Of a stretch of DNA of 64,000 nt, positions 41,291 through 53,521 are shown one piece after another. The notes below the pieces were generated by a model. It searched no databases. It was not told the DNA's origin and worked only from the letters and a program-made list of their open reading frames with translations. The stretch lies in assembly GCA_025786725.1 (NCBI GenBank), contig JAHLTZ010000015.1, positions 496,001 through 560,000 of the forward strand, in the 5' to 3' direction. A program made the translations under genes and the position numbers. Positions within the stretch are counted from its first letter, which is position 1. Each line of letters opens with the position of its first letter. The DNA comes from Syncephalis fuscata S228 (Eukaryota > Fungi > Zoopagomycota).

Positions 41291-42628
41291 ATGTCAGCAC
41301 CAGAAAAAAATATCATACTGACGACGGATGGTCAGCCATCCAGTCTAAGCGAGCCACCGCCAAAAGCCTCAATATGGGCATATTTTCGTTCTCCTCAGTT
41401 TATTAAAGCGCTGCTTCTTGGTCAATTGCTATCGCTCTGTATTACAGGAAGCAATACGTCCACGACCAAGTTGGCGCAAGAATATAATGTTAACGCGCCT
41501 ACCATGCAATCTTGCCTTAACTATATACTTTTGGCGCTAGTCTACAATATATGGATTCTGATAAAACACGGTGGTCGTCATGGATTAATGTTTTATATAG
41601 CCGTGGGTGGAAATGTAGACATCATAGCTAGTGACTAGTTTGAGCTAATTGTTTTTACATAACAACAATAACAACTAACTAATAATTTAGACTTAATTTT
41701 AGGAATTGTCGACGTTGAGGCCAATTATTTTGTTGTAAAAGCATACCAATATACGTCACTCACCTCGGCCATGTTGCTAGACTCCTGGGCAATTCCCTGC
41801 TGTATGATTCTTTCATACTTTTTCCTAAGTCGTCGATACCGCTGGCTTCAATATGCCGGTGTGCTGCTTTGCCTGGCTGGGGCCGGCCTTTTGTTCAAAT
41901 CGGACCTTGAGGCTGATCATGACTATCCTGCACAAGATGCACTACGAGGTGATTTATACTGTATTCTTGGTGCGACGCTTTATGGTGTATCCAATGTCCT
42001 TGAGGAGAAACTGGCCCATACATACGAGATAACCGAAATTATTGGTATGCTAGGCTTATCGGGCGCAATAGTAAGCGGTATCCAACTATCAATACTTGAG
42101 CGAAAAGAACTATCAAGTATGACATGGTCTGGACCTGTCGTGGGCTATTTGCTTATGTTTGATATCTGTCTGTTTTGCTTGTACTCGTGTGCACCGCTTT
42201 TATTCCGTTTGTCATCGGCTACATTTTTCAACATGTCGCTACTTACCTCCGACTTTTACAGCCTTATTGTCGGCTTAATTATCTTTAATGCTAAGGTAAT
42301 TTATGTGGATTACTTTGTAACTTGATACTAATACTAGCTCCAGATTAACTTTTGGTATGCAGGCGCTTTTATTGCCACTGTTGCAGGCATATTTGTCTAC
42401 AACCTACGTAATGCGGAAGAGTTATCAGCAGTTAAAAAAGCTTCTGAGTCTGAAAATGGACCGTTGGAGCCGTCCAACAGTAAAGCCAGCGACGCAATTG
42501 AATCAGAATCAAGTAATGCTAATTTAATTAATACAAGTCACGCACACGATATGTCCAGGACGCCGCCCAGCACCGAATATATTTCGCTGGCAATACAAGA
42601 TGAACCAGAGACTATACAGCAGAAATAA
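41291..42628 (+). CDS. SLC35F (DUF914) solute carrier (apparent frameshift near 41572)
   Basis: LLGQLLSLCIT, APTMQSCLNY, DVEANYFVVKAYQYTSLTSAMLLD, GATLYGVSNVLEE, SSATFFNMSLLTSDFYSL. Confidence 0.9.
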
Positions 42629-44310
42629 TGTGTTTATGACTTTAGACCGAAATGAATTGCGAGAATAGTAATATCCAGTTGTGATTAGGATAGAATGTGA
42701 TGGTTTTTATTGCATAAATGGCTGTTTTGCTTGTTGATTGCCAATGTGTTACTGTGTTGATTACATCATTACTGTCTATTAAACATTGCTTATGATCAAA
42801 CTAATTGTCTATGATTTGTTTAAATATATTTGATATATTTCGTCACAATAATCGTAGATCATAATTAATCAATTCTATTAATTTAAATTATGTGTCTAAA
42901 ATAAGTAGCATTTTTTGCTACAGATATGCATACAAATTTATTTTAGTATTTGCAAATAGCAAATACCACATAAGTAAATTTTATTAACATATTGCACATT
43001 CGTATTATTTATTTTAACAATAATATAAATATGTATAACACCAGTGACAAACAATAGATATAGTGTGTATATTAAAATGATTAATGAATAAATTCTAGTG
43101 TCTTTACATTACTTTATGATTAATCATCAACATCAATACTCGAGTCCAATGCTTCATTATTAGGAATACCATTACGCAACAGCCGATAATTAATAACAGG
43201 AATTGACTGATAGCGATAAGACCTGTATCAATGATTGGTAACACAGTGCTAAAAATAAACTGGTAATTCTTGCAGTTAAGCTGCAATGTCAAGTAGAATG
43301 ACCACATGAACCAATCAATATATTGCATGGTTCAACTATTGCAACTAGCTTATGCACAACAGTGTAGGCATGCAAAGAATTACAAGTTCAATTTATTAAT
43401 GCTGGTTTTGTATGTGTTGTGCAGTTTGAAAGAGGGATAAAGTAACTTTTATTTACCGGCTATTAATAAAACTTGTAATCATTTATAAATCAAAGAGAAT
43501 GTAGTTTGGTATCAAAACAAAACCAATTTTATAAAAGATTATATTGAGATTTATTTAAAGGCAATGCGCTATTTTGCGAGTTATGCGCAGTTTGAAAAGA
43601 TGCAGATATTGAGGATTAGAATGTTTCGGCGAAAGCAGTAGTAAAAGCATAAAGATGTACCACCACTGCTTCTGTAGAACCAATAGATTTAGTTTGTATT
43701 GCATGGTCAAATCACGCACTGCACAGTAAAGACTAGCATGTGGATTTTTATTATAGATGTACTGGATGATTGAGATTGCCGCGTCATCTGAGCAAATGCC
43801 AACAGGCTGAAGTAAAGATACAGCAATGGAGCATCATTATTTCTGTATAACCAATGGATTCAGTTTGCGTCGTACGGTCAAGTTGGGGATTAATTTTTCA
43901 GTGAAAACAGTAGCAAAAACACAAAAATGCATCGTCACTGCTTCCATAAAACCAATAGATTTGGTTTGTATTGCATGGTCAAATCACGCACAGCACAGTA
44001 AAGACTAGCATGTGGATTTCTATTATAGATGTACTGGATGATTGAGATTGCCGCGTCATCTGAGCAAAAGTCAAACAGGCTGAATTAAAGGCTTGGCTGC
44101 ACATTAGCATGTCATTAGTACATTGCTATACGCATACTTCAAATCATCATGTGAATACCTTTGAAGACTACCGTTGCACGTATAGAATGCACACTACAGC
44201 TATTCATCCATGCCTGCTAAATCGTCATATTAATGCATTTTATTGGTTTACACTGTATTCAATGGTATATTCAATAGAATACACTGCTGGCGCTTCAAAA
44301 TAAATATTAA

Positions 44311-44318
44311 TATAAATA
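44311..44318 (+). promoter_or_regulatory. TATA box of micro-exon peptide gene copy B
   Basis: TATAAATA about 140 bp upstream of the ATG at 44456, conserved with copy A. Confidence 0.55.
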
Positions 44319-44455
44319 GCCCACAAAATACACACAACTAACCAGCAGTATCATCATCACTTTCTACTTTCTGCCAACTACTCACTACTACCTACTTTAT
44401 ACTACTAAACTCTATTGTCTATTTTACTTGTTTATCTTAACAAATTAACATTACA

Positions 44456-45580
44456 ATGAAGCTTTCTATCGTCGTCGTCGTCTGCACCATTGTCGTGGCC
44501 TTTGTAGCCAGTACAGCCATGGTGGATGCTAGTCCAGCTTTGGTTCGTCGTGGTATGTTGTAGTCATAATAAATTTGAAATTTGAAATGTTTGCTAACAT
44601 TATGTTTAACCAACGATAATATTAGATGGTAAGTCGCAATTATTGACTCATTATTCCAGCGCTTATCGTATGTTATCCAAATAATGGACATGGCAAATAG
44701 TTGGTAAGTTGATTGCACATAGTTATTGGCATAATAACTGATCGTTGTTTTTAATGTAAAATAAATAAAATAGCACCATTGGCTAAAAGTAGGTTTAATA
44801 TAAAACAAATTATATTGCTGATACTAACATTGCCTATCTATTCTAATAGGAGGTAAATGACAATAAGAATACTTAATTGGCCATTTAATTAAATGCTGTT
44901 TATATTACCAAACTAGCACCACAAGATGGTAAGTAGTATTGTATATTATTTTATTTTATTTTGAAAAGCTTGTGAGCCCCCGCTGCACATAATTAAAGCA
45001 TTTGCGCTGCTTCCCACTATTTTTGGACTTTTCCAAACTTTTAACGGGTGGACTGCCACGTTTTTGTGCAAATCCGGTCCATGTAGATCTCACGCGGGGG
45101 CCATCTTCTTTTGAATAGTGCCACACTGCACTATTCTCTTGAAGTTGGTCCCAATTGATTTTTCCTCGGCTATTCTGGCCAAAGCCTTGTTTCCGGACCT
45201 ACTTATTGGGTTCTGGTTTGCAATTTGTTAACTAGAAAAAACTGGGAGGATTTCTACTTAAAGATTGATTTAAACTAAGGTTTAAACCCGGAACCTTCAA
45301 CTCGGGAAACGCTACCTTACCTACTGGGCTAGTAACGCTCCCGTAGTATTGTATATTGATTGAATATGCACTAAATATATACCGTACATTTTGTGTGTTT
45401 GATGACTTGTATTAATAGGCGGTAAGTAGTATTGTATATTGATTGACTATGCACTAAATATATACCGTACATTTTGTGTGTTTGATAATCTGTATTAATA
45501 GAAGGTAAGTAGAAGCATATAATGCCAACTCATACGCTAACCATATGATGTTTATATATGTACTCATGATTATAGAATAA
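44456..45580 (+). CDS. Micro-exon-encoded secreted peptide precursor, copy B (9 exons): MKLSIVVVVCTIVVAFVASTAMVDASPALVRR-DVAPLAKR-APQDGEE
   Basis: Exons 44456-44552, 44626-44628 (ATG), 44701-44703 (TTG), 44774-44788, 44850-44852 (GAG), 44917-44928, 45419-45421 (GCG), 45502-45504 (AAG) and 45576-45580 (AATAA). All introns are GT-AG, phase 1. Open 47-codon frame. Confidence 0.8.
44948..45342 (-). mobile_element. tRNA-derived SINE (395 bp) with a 15-bp target-site duplication
   Basis: Perfect TSD GTAGTATTGTATATT at 44933-44947 and 45343-45357. 5' head with A-box TAGCCCAGTAGG (45331-45320) and B-box-like GGTTTAAACC (~45288-45279). 3' (TAAAA)n tail. Confidence 0.8.
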
Positions 45581-46739
45581 CTGGTGCATTCAAAATATTG
45601 GCACTGATAGTATGATTGGACTGCGAGTTATATATATTTTAGGTATATATTCGGCAAGAATCAAGATCATTTGACAACTACGCCATTCAGCCCATTCATC
45701 TACCAAGTCCCAGCCAATGCCCCGGTTTATTCAACCCTTAATCGATGGATTTCTTATATTACCAACAAGTCTGTATTTGTTTGTATGCAATCAACTATAC
45801 AAACTTGTAGTAATAAACATGTGGTTCCATCTTAATTGTGCTTGATTAAGCTATTATAGCTATGTTCATATTCCATTTGCTTACAAAGATTGCAAACATT
45901 AATTGATTAATATATTAACAGTAGACTTGTAAAAATGTGCTATACTAGTGAATAATGTAAACTAAAGTGATTGTAATAGCATTGTTATTTAAATAGCAAT
46001 TAGTATTTAATTATTTACAAGCATATTATAAGTACTAAAATTATCATTAGTATGTAGTCATTATTACTTAATAAAGTCGCCATTTGATTAACACAAACCA
46101 CTACTAAATTACTGCTTATTCACGAACGATATAGATTGTATATAACAACGTTACTATATCATTTGACTTGAATGTATGCAATGTTGTGAAATAGATACTG
46201 TATCATTGAACATTGTATAATTGGCACTTTTATGTTGGCTATAATGTTATTCAATTTAGCTAGTTAAACAATTGTATATTAAATGGACTGAGTGTGCATA
46301 CTAGTCAATGATACTGCTAGAGACAAAGAATATTAAGTGGAAAAGGAAGCAAGATGGATGAAAATGAACAGTGAATGTCATTGGAATGAATGAACAACGC
46401 AAGTAGTCGAATATCACTAATCAATATGCTGTAATTAAGTATAAGAAAACGGAAACACTACATTGTAACTTCAATTAATCACTTGTGAATAAGTTCTTCC
46501 AAAGTAAATGTTAATAATTAAAGCAATCTTGTATTATTCATCAGCTCAAATAAAAATAACGAATTTTTTTAGACTGTTCAAATACATATACTATATTAAA
46601 GTAAATAATTGTATGTAAATAATTGTAATAATTTGATTGGATTAAACTGTGTTTAAATCGTTATTCATAATAAATATTAATGTAATATCATTATCATTTC
46701 CATAAAGTAGAATTAAATGTAACATGACATTGTATTAGT

Positions 46740-48113
46740 AATAATATTAAACATTTAAATAAATAATGTAACATGCCATTTGACTAATTTGAAACATTTG
46801 AGATTAATTATTATTGTTATTGGCCATGTGTAGAAAGATTGATTGATATTAATAGAAATCCTTGATTGCAATTCCATGTCATTCTGCATTTGTTGTTATT
46901 GCATCTACGTACAGCATGAATTCCTGCATCCAAATGCTTTCCTGTATATTTTAATATTCTGCTATTGCATTTTAAGCATATTTGTGATGTAAGATCAATA
47001 TCAATATAATTATTATAAAAGTCGTTTATTAAACAACCACTTTTCCTATAGCCAATCTGACTAAATGAAGGACAATATATTTATATTCAAGCAATAATAA
47101 AGATAACTATTTAATCACATTATTGTATTGATAATTACACATGAATTAATTAATATTAGTGCAATATTATACATGAAATATTAATAAATAAATGTTTAGT
47201 TGTGTCTAAAGCATTAAGAAAAAGAGTGTGAAATGGGTAAATAAAGATTGCAAAAGTCAAATTACAATAGTTTACTAATATTCAATAATTGCTAAGTAGA
47301 CTCATGTGATTCAGTGTCAAAAAATCAAGGCTAACATCCTTTACTTGATTGAACTACGCATTTATTGTCCTACTAGACATGGAACTGGATGGTAAGTTAT
47401 ATTAAATATTTAATTATAATGCTTTGAATACTTTACAGCAACAATAATATGGATTAACATTTATTAGCATATACACTAGCGCATAGTCTCTACCTATTCA
47501 ATTACTTAATAATAAAATTCCACTTATTGCTTTTGGAGCTGCTCGATTTGCCACTTCTATGAAAGGCAAGGTTGCTGGACTGGCCAATCGTTACAGAAAT
47601 GTGCTTAAAACTGCTGAGCGACAAGAACTTTTGGTGATTGCAGATATTGATGAATACAATACATCAAAAGTCTGTTCCAAATGCAAGAAAAAGGAGATGG
47701 CAGGGTTATATCTGGAATAACACAACAGCACAATGCATAGCGTACTTGTTTTTCCAAACAAAAATTGCTGTACGGTATGGCAGTGTGATGTTAATGCTAG
47801 TAGAAACATGCACAGTATATTCAGTACAATGGCCAGTGGTGCACCAAGGCCTTCTGATTTCTTACCACCTATTAGTATAAGAAATCAAACTGACACTATT
47901 GTATCAACATCATAATCAAATGTAGAGTTTTATTGTAAGTAGCATGAAATACTATTTAACATTTATTAATACTAATATTGGATATTGGAAATAGTGCAGA
48001 TTGATTAAGACACTGATTAATTCAATCGGAGTTGATGTGGCACTGCTTCAACAAACCATTTCTCAGTAGTAAAAACGGATCGACAGCTTATTGTTTGAGT
48101 TATCGACCTTTGT
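46740..48113 (+). mobile_element. Decayed Fanzor-carrying element
   Basis: Repeat-family 5' part shared with 30800-31510, a Fanzor coding remnant, and a conserved 3' tail. Confidence 0.65.
47514..47915 (+). pseudogene. Fanzor (eukaryotic TnpB-like RNA-guided nuclease) C-terminal fragment: RuvC-II, zinc finger and RuvC-III
   Basis: One frame reads KIPLIAFGAARF...IDEYNTSKVCSKC...*...HSVLVFPNKNCCTVWQCDVNASRNM...PRPSDF. This matches the Fanzor/TnpB pattern DExxTSxxCxxC...CxxxW[NQ]RDVNA. In-frame TAA at 47718. Confidence 0.8.
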
Positions 48114-51100
48114 AAATAGTTCGTGTACCAAATATATCCGAGCCAAAATATTCAGCCGCCACTGAAAAGCCATCATCGGATCGTTCAAGCTAAATACGAT
48201 GTATTAGTATGTCAAATAGCCATTTTAGAATAATACACTTACTTCTTGATAGAATTGTGTATGGCGTTTACTAAGTTCCTCATTGCGTTGATGCATTTCT
48301 TGTATACGTTCAAGTTCGGGTGCGCATTTAGGACAACGAGCATCCATACTGCCGCCAGGAAGACACCTAATTCATTCCATTAGCAAGATTTAAGTACAGT
48401 AATTGTTCACATACCGTTGATGATAAGAGTGTCGACACATAAAATGAGCCACTGGTAAATCTAATGCTCCAGAACAACCGGAGCAGCGGGTTACTTGAAA
48501 TACTCGAATACTGTTGTACATAAGAAATGAGTGCTATAATAAACTAAATACAAATTAATAGTTACCCCTCGTTTAACTCGGCCAGCTCGTTCTTCTTTCG
48601 TGTTGTCTCTTCTCGGCACCGTCTAATATATGCTTCATCCTATAATAGATTATTAATACAATGATTGTATCTTGCCCATCTACTCACCTCCTCTTGCTGA
48701 TGTTGTTCACTCTCTAATCGTGTACACAAAAACTCACGAATCATACCAACAGTGGTGGCCGAGTTACGACACAATAACTGAAGTACTTTTAACAATGGCA
48801 TTAAATTCTCTTGATCAACGCGTTTCATTACTATACGCAGCATTTCTGGATGAGCCGATAACACCGATGGATTATCCGCCAAATAGGTCAATATAAGTGT
48901 ATACAACGAAACATCCTTGGACCTAATAACATTATTTAAATATCCTTTTTGCAATATATTGCTATTTAACTTACCCGTATTGATCAAGTGCCTCCATAAT
49001 CTTCGTAACATTTTCATTACGCATCCAAAACCGCATAATCTCATCGTACATTTCACGTCGTTCGTAAATAATAACTTGGCCTTGATCAAAACCAGCCGTA
49101 CGACATAGAATCAATGCATGATCCAAATCCAATGGAATCTAAATAAAAATAACACCATTTTAGCTTAACCCATCGCTTGTTAATCGTAGTTACCGTAGGA
49201 TTATTTAGCATGTCTATGGCACGTCCAGTTCGTCGATCGTTCTCTTCTTCCACATCTTCATCAATGCGCTCACATGGTGTTAAATAAAGCTCAAGTAATG
49301 TGCCATAGATCAATCGGCGCTCATCCTCATCATCTTCCTCTCCACCAGGCCATCTTCGTGCGGCAACCCCCTCGAGGAACTTGACCAGTGCATCATTATT
49401 ACCGGCAAATGCTCCAAAGAATTGTCGAGGTGATGGTGCATGTACAGGTTGCTTTGACGGCAATGTCATAGGCGATTTGCTATTGGACTGACCACGTAAA
49501 GATGTCTGTGGCGTATTGGCCATATTTGGACTATAAACAGTCGGTAGATTAAATCCAGCTGCTCCTTGCGGCTCATCCTTCTTATCTGAAGAAGGCGAGG
49601 AGCTATTATTCTTGCTATTCTTATTATTCTTGCTATTCTTGGTTGGACTCAATTCCCCAGTACATAATTCGACTAACAATTGAATAGTTGGATCTGGTAA
49701 ATGTTCCAAGAATATTTTGGCATATTGTCTCATAAATTGATCAATCTTAAAAGAGTTAATATTAATCCATCATCATTATTGGTAATAAAAATACTTACCT
49801 CATTGGTGGGTAGAGTGTAAATATAAGCAAGTGCCTCTGAATAACGTTGCACATTATCAACCAGTATCTTTAAATGTCTAATAAATCATCTATAAGTATT
49901 ATATACTATTAATAACGAGTACTCACGTTGTATGATCATTAAACTTTTTAGTTAAATGAAGGGCCAAATCGTAGTAGCCACCTCGTCGGCAAACCCGAAT
50001 AGCTGTTTCAACATCAAATTGCACTGTATCCGATTCAGACTAGAAATAGAATAAATATGAGTCATTTATCCATATATATATATATTATATTCTGCTATAA
50101 CCTACTTTGATAAATTCGGCCAGTTTTTCCGCATCATTCAATTTGGTATAGCAATTGATTAATAGTGTTGTATGATCTGCTGTAGCATATCCACGTTTAT
50201 GCAATTCTTGAAGTAAGCAGTCAAGTGACGAATACGCTGTGCATCCAAGAACTAGATTTATTATAGATTATAATTAGCATTGTAGCCATTTATTTGTAAT
50301 AAGCTATTTACCTTGCGAACAACATAAGATGGTTCCAAATATCCAAGTGTTTTTAAATATTGAGTCATTGCGCCATCATAGTCACCTTTACTATGAAGAT
50401 GATCACCGTAACGACGTATATTTGAGCAATTGATTCTTGATTATATCCAGGTGAACGGCGAGCCAATGACACAGCCAATACATATAGATGCTGTTTAAAT
50501 AGGGCATCCATTTTAACGGATGTTTCTTGTTCTTGTAGATAATATAACTGCAAACGGATTAATAGAATATAAATATTTTAATGTTACTATTTACCTTGCC
50601 ATTATTCGAAATAAGAAATAGACCGCCTGAGGCTGTCACAGTGGCTCTTATACCGCCACGTACTTCATCTGAATATGCAATATACTTTTGTAATGGATCA
50701 AATAGTGTAACTTGTGTATTTGAACTATCATCATAAAGGATTACCAGGTAAGTACCATGCCAAATAACTGTTGTCTTTGGCCCTATATCATTATTGTTAT
50801 TATTGTTATTATTGTTATTATTGCTATTGTTAATACATATTCAAATAAAATGGATCAATAGTAAGATAAGCAGCCATACCTTCAAATGCATAACAAGGAC
50901 CACGACCCTCTGGTGTATAAGAGTAGATGGCTTCTTCTCTTCCGAGTACAAGGTCACCGCTGGCTGTATTCAATGCACCACATCCAAGTGCACAGCCATG
51001 CTCATCAATGACCTGTCGCTGTTCCTTGGCTGTTGTAGTATTGCATACGATAGTCTTTGCTAATGTAGTAACATACAAAAATATCTCACTACGACGCTCA

Positions 51101-51989
51101 TACAGAGCAACACCTAATAATTCAGTTGTATATAAGATACATAATTTACTAGAATTTATATTCTGATTACTTACCGGTAACCGGCTCTTCACTAGACCAA
51201 GCAGTGCGCTGTTTTGGACTTCTATCCTTAAGAAGCTGTCCTCGTAGCACAACTACTCGTCCATCAGCAAACCCAAGTGCAATTTGTGTCATATTCTCTA
51301 GAATATCAAATGCGGTCACCTAAATCATAAATAGTTAATATATTAGAAGAACTGCCGCTGTTACTATATAATAATTACTGGATAAGTAGTGCTGTTTCCA
51401 CTCTGCTGTACACGAATTGTTTTCAATAAAGTTGGATCACCATCTGGTAGATTTTTACGTAATTTCCATATACGAATTGTGGGCGAATTGCCCGAGCCAA
51501 TTTCTTCCTACAACGATGAATCAACATTTAATTTAATTTAATTAATTTGTATGCAACAACACTACTTACACTTAATGTTACTAATCGACCTTGTCCATCC
51601 AGTGATTTGAGATGTGTTAAACGCTCTTCATCTTCAGAATGAATGGCAAATGAACGCACATCCAATCGTCGATCTACTAAATACATCTCGCCTCGCGAAG
51701 GTATCTGATAGCAAAGAATAGCGTTAAGTATATATCAAATCATGTTGTTTATCATGTTTGTACGGTTAGTCACATAAAGGATATTGCCTAGACAAATGTA
51801 ACCTTTACATTGGACTACGCCAACCAGGTCAGTATCCTACATTAACAGCAACTGTTAGCATGAATGATAGCCATAGTAGCTATAACAATTTACGGTAAAG
51901 CAAGTGGGCGGTTCTTCTATCTCATCTCGGTCAAAGAATTGAAAATGTCTCCATTGAAATGGCCGACTAGGTACACTTGTAGTAATCAT
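48100..51989 (-). CDS. VPS11: HOPS/CORVET core subunit Vps11 (many introns; apparent frameshifts near 50415 and 50212)
   Basis: QWRHFQFFD N-terminus, YGDHLHSKGDYDGAMTQY, FLDAQRI, HTTLLINCYTKL, FDVETAIRV, and C-terminal RING CSGCSGALDLPVAHFMCRHSYHQRC...CPKC. Confidence 0.93.
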
Positions 51990-52283
51990 GATAAAGCACT
52001 TGCACTATCAACTAGAGAATAGCCACTTAATAGACAATAGCAATAGACAATAGCAAGAGTGATGAGTGTTAGTATGAATAAAGTAGTTATGGTTGTAAAG
52101 GTAAAGATGACGACAACAATGTTAGTTGAAATACGAACACAGAAATGTGTCAACAGTGGATAATTTGGTGTAATTGATATACAGTAGCATTGTCATGGGA
52201 TTTAATTGCTGATTTTTTAAACAATTCTCTATATTTTATTTTTCATTTAATTGATTGCAAGATTCATATATTATTATAGTGCT

Positions 52284-53237
52284 ATGGAGAATAACGAAAC
52301 CAATAAGACATGGCCTAGTGGTCTAATAATGGTTAAGGAGTTTATTAGTCCAGAAGAAGAGGAGGCACTTATGGCAGTTATTGATAAACAGCCGTGGTCG
52401 GGAAAAGGTATTGGGTATGTACATGGCTATGTAAATAGTGCTGCTTTATATTAACACTATTGAATAGAATTAATCCAGAAATGCGACGCCGAACACAACA
52501 CTACGGCTATGAGTTTAGCTATTCAAAACGGTAATAATAATAAAAACTGTAGCAGTAATATAATAGCTATGTATCAACGATCCATTAACGGTAGTCCAGT
52601 AAAGTAATACGATTTATTGATGATACGCCGATGCCGAGCCAGTTCTCCACCATTCTAGACCGTATTGTTAACGATCCACGACAGCTATGGCAACCAGAAT
52701 GTAGCCACTTGGAAGAAACGTGTAATAGTGAACATAATCGATGTCGACTATTTCATACTACTGGATTGCCACCAGATAGTGTTATTGTTAATGAATATGA
52801 AAAGGGGCAAGGTATTATGCCGCATACCGGTAAGTGTATACTATTCTATTCATTCATTCATTTATTCATTTGTTTGTTTGTTTGCTAATTTAATTTGTTC
52901 TAGATGGACCTAGTGCATTTGGACCGGTTGTAGCCTCGTTATCTTTATTATCTGACTGTTTATTTACATTCGATAATCCAGCCGATCCAGAATATACTTT
53001 ATCCATTAAACTACGTAAGTTGTATATGTTTATTGATTAGTACAGTTTACTAATAACCGGATTCATATAGCCCGTCGATCGTTGGTTATTATGCGTGGAT
53101 TTACACGTTACCAACTACGACATGGTATTGCCAAGAATTTAGTTGAATTCCACAACGGAGAAACAATAGACCGAGGTCGACGTGTGTCATTGACTATTCG
53201 CCGTATTGGCCATTATGGCTATAATATTACTGAATAA
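52284..53237 (+). CDS. AlkB-family 2OG-Fe(II) dioxygenase
   Basis: GLIMVKEFISPEEE, RRRTQHYGYEF, VNEYEKGQGIMPHT|D (HxD), RHGI, RRVSLTIR. Confidence 0.88.
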
Positions 53238-53521
53238 ATAATTGCATGTTTGTTATCATGAAACGCGACTACACATGTCGTGTGATCTTATCGTCATTGC
53301 TATTTTTAATTTGAGTACAGCTGAGCCTTTGCACACTTCTATAAATATTCTCTACGAACCAAGTAGTTATTGGTTTTAGTTTTAATATTTAGTCGGCGTC
53401 ACTCACTCACACGTTACCCATACGCTTTCCTTCCTTTTCTCCTTCACAATTCATTCAACTGTCTAACGAACAGTAGCAGTACTTGGTATTTTGCAAGTAA
53501 TTACCGATACCTTTTGAAGCT

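Larger units (their letters stand above)
43133..45997 (+). repeat. Segmental duplication arm B (inverted relative to 16200-20100)
   Basis: Direct comparison with arm A. Includes ~270-bp tandem repeats at ~43610-44090. Confidence 0.9.

Noticed and set aside
45270-45342. Functional tRNA gene
   Set aside because: It has A/B-box-like motifs, but I could not fold a convincing cloverleaf. It is the head of a TSD-flanked SINE.
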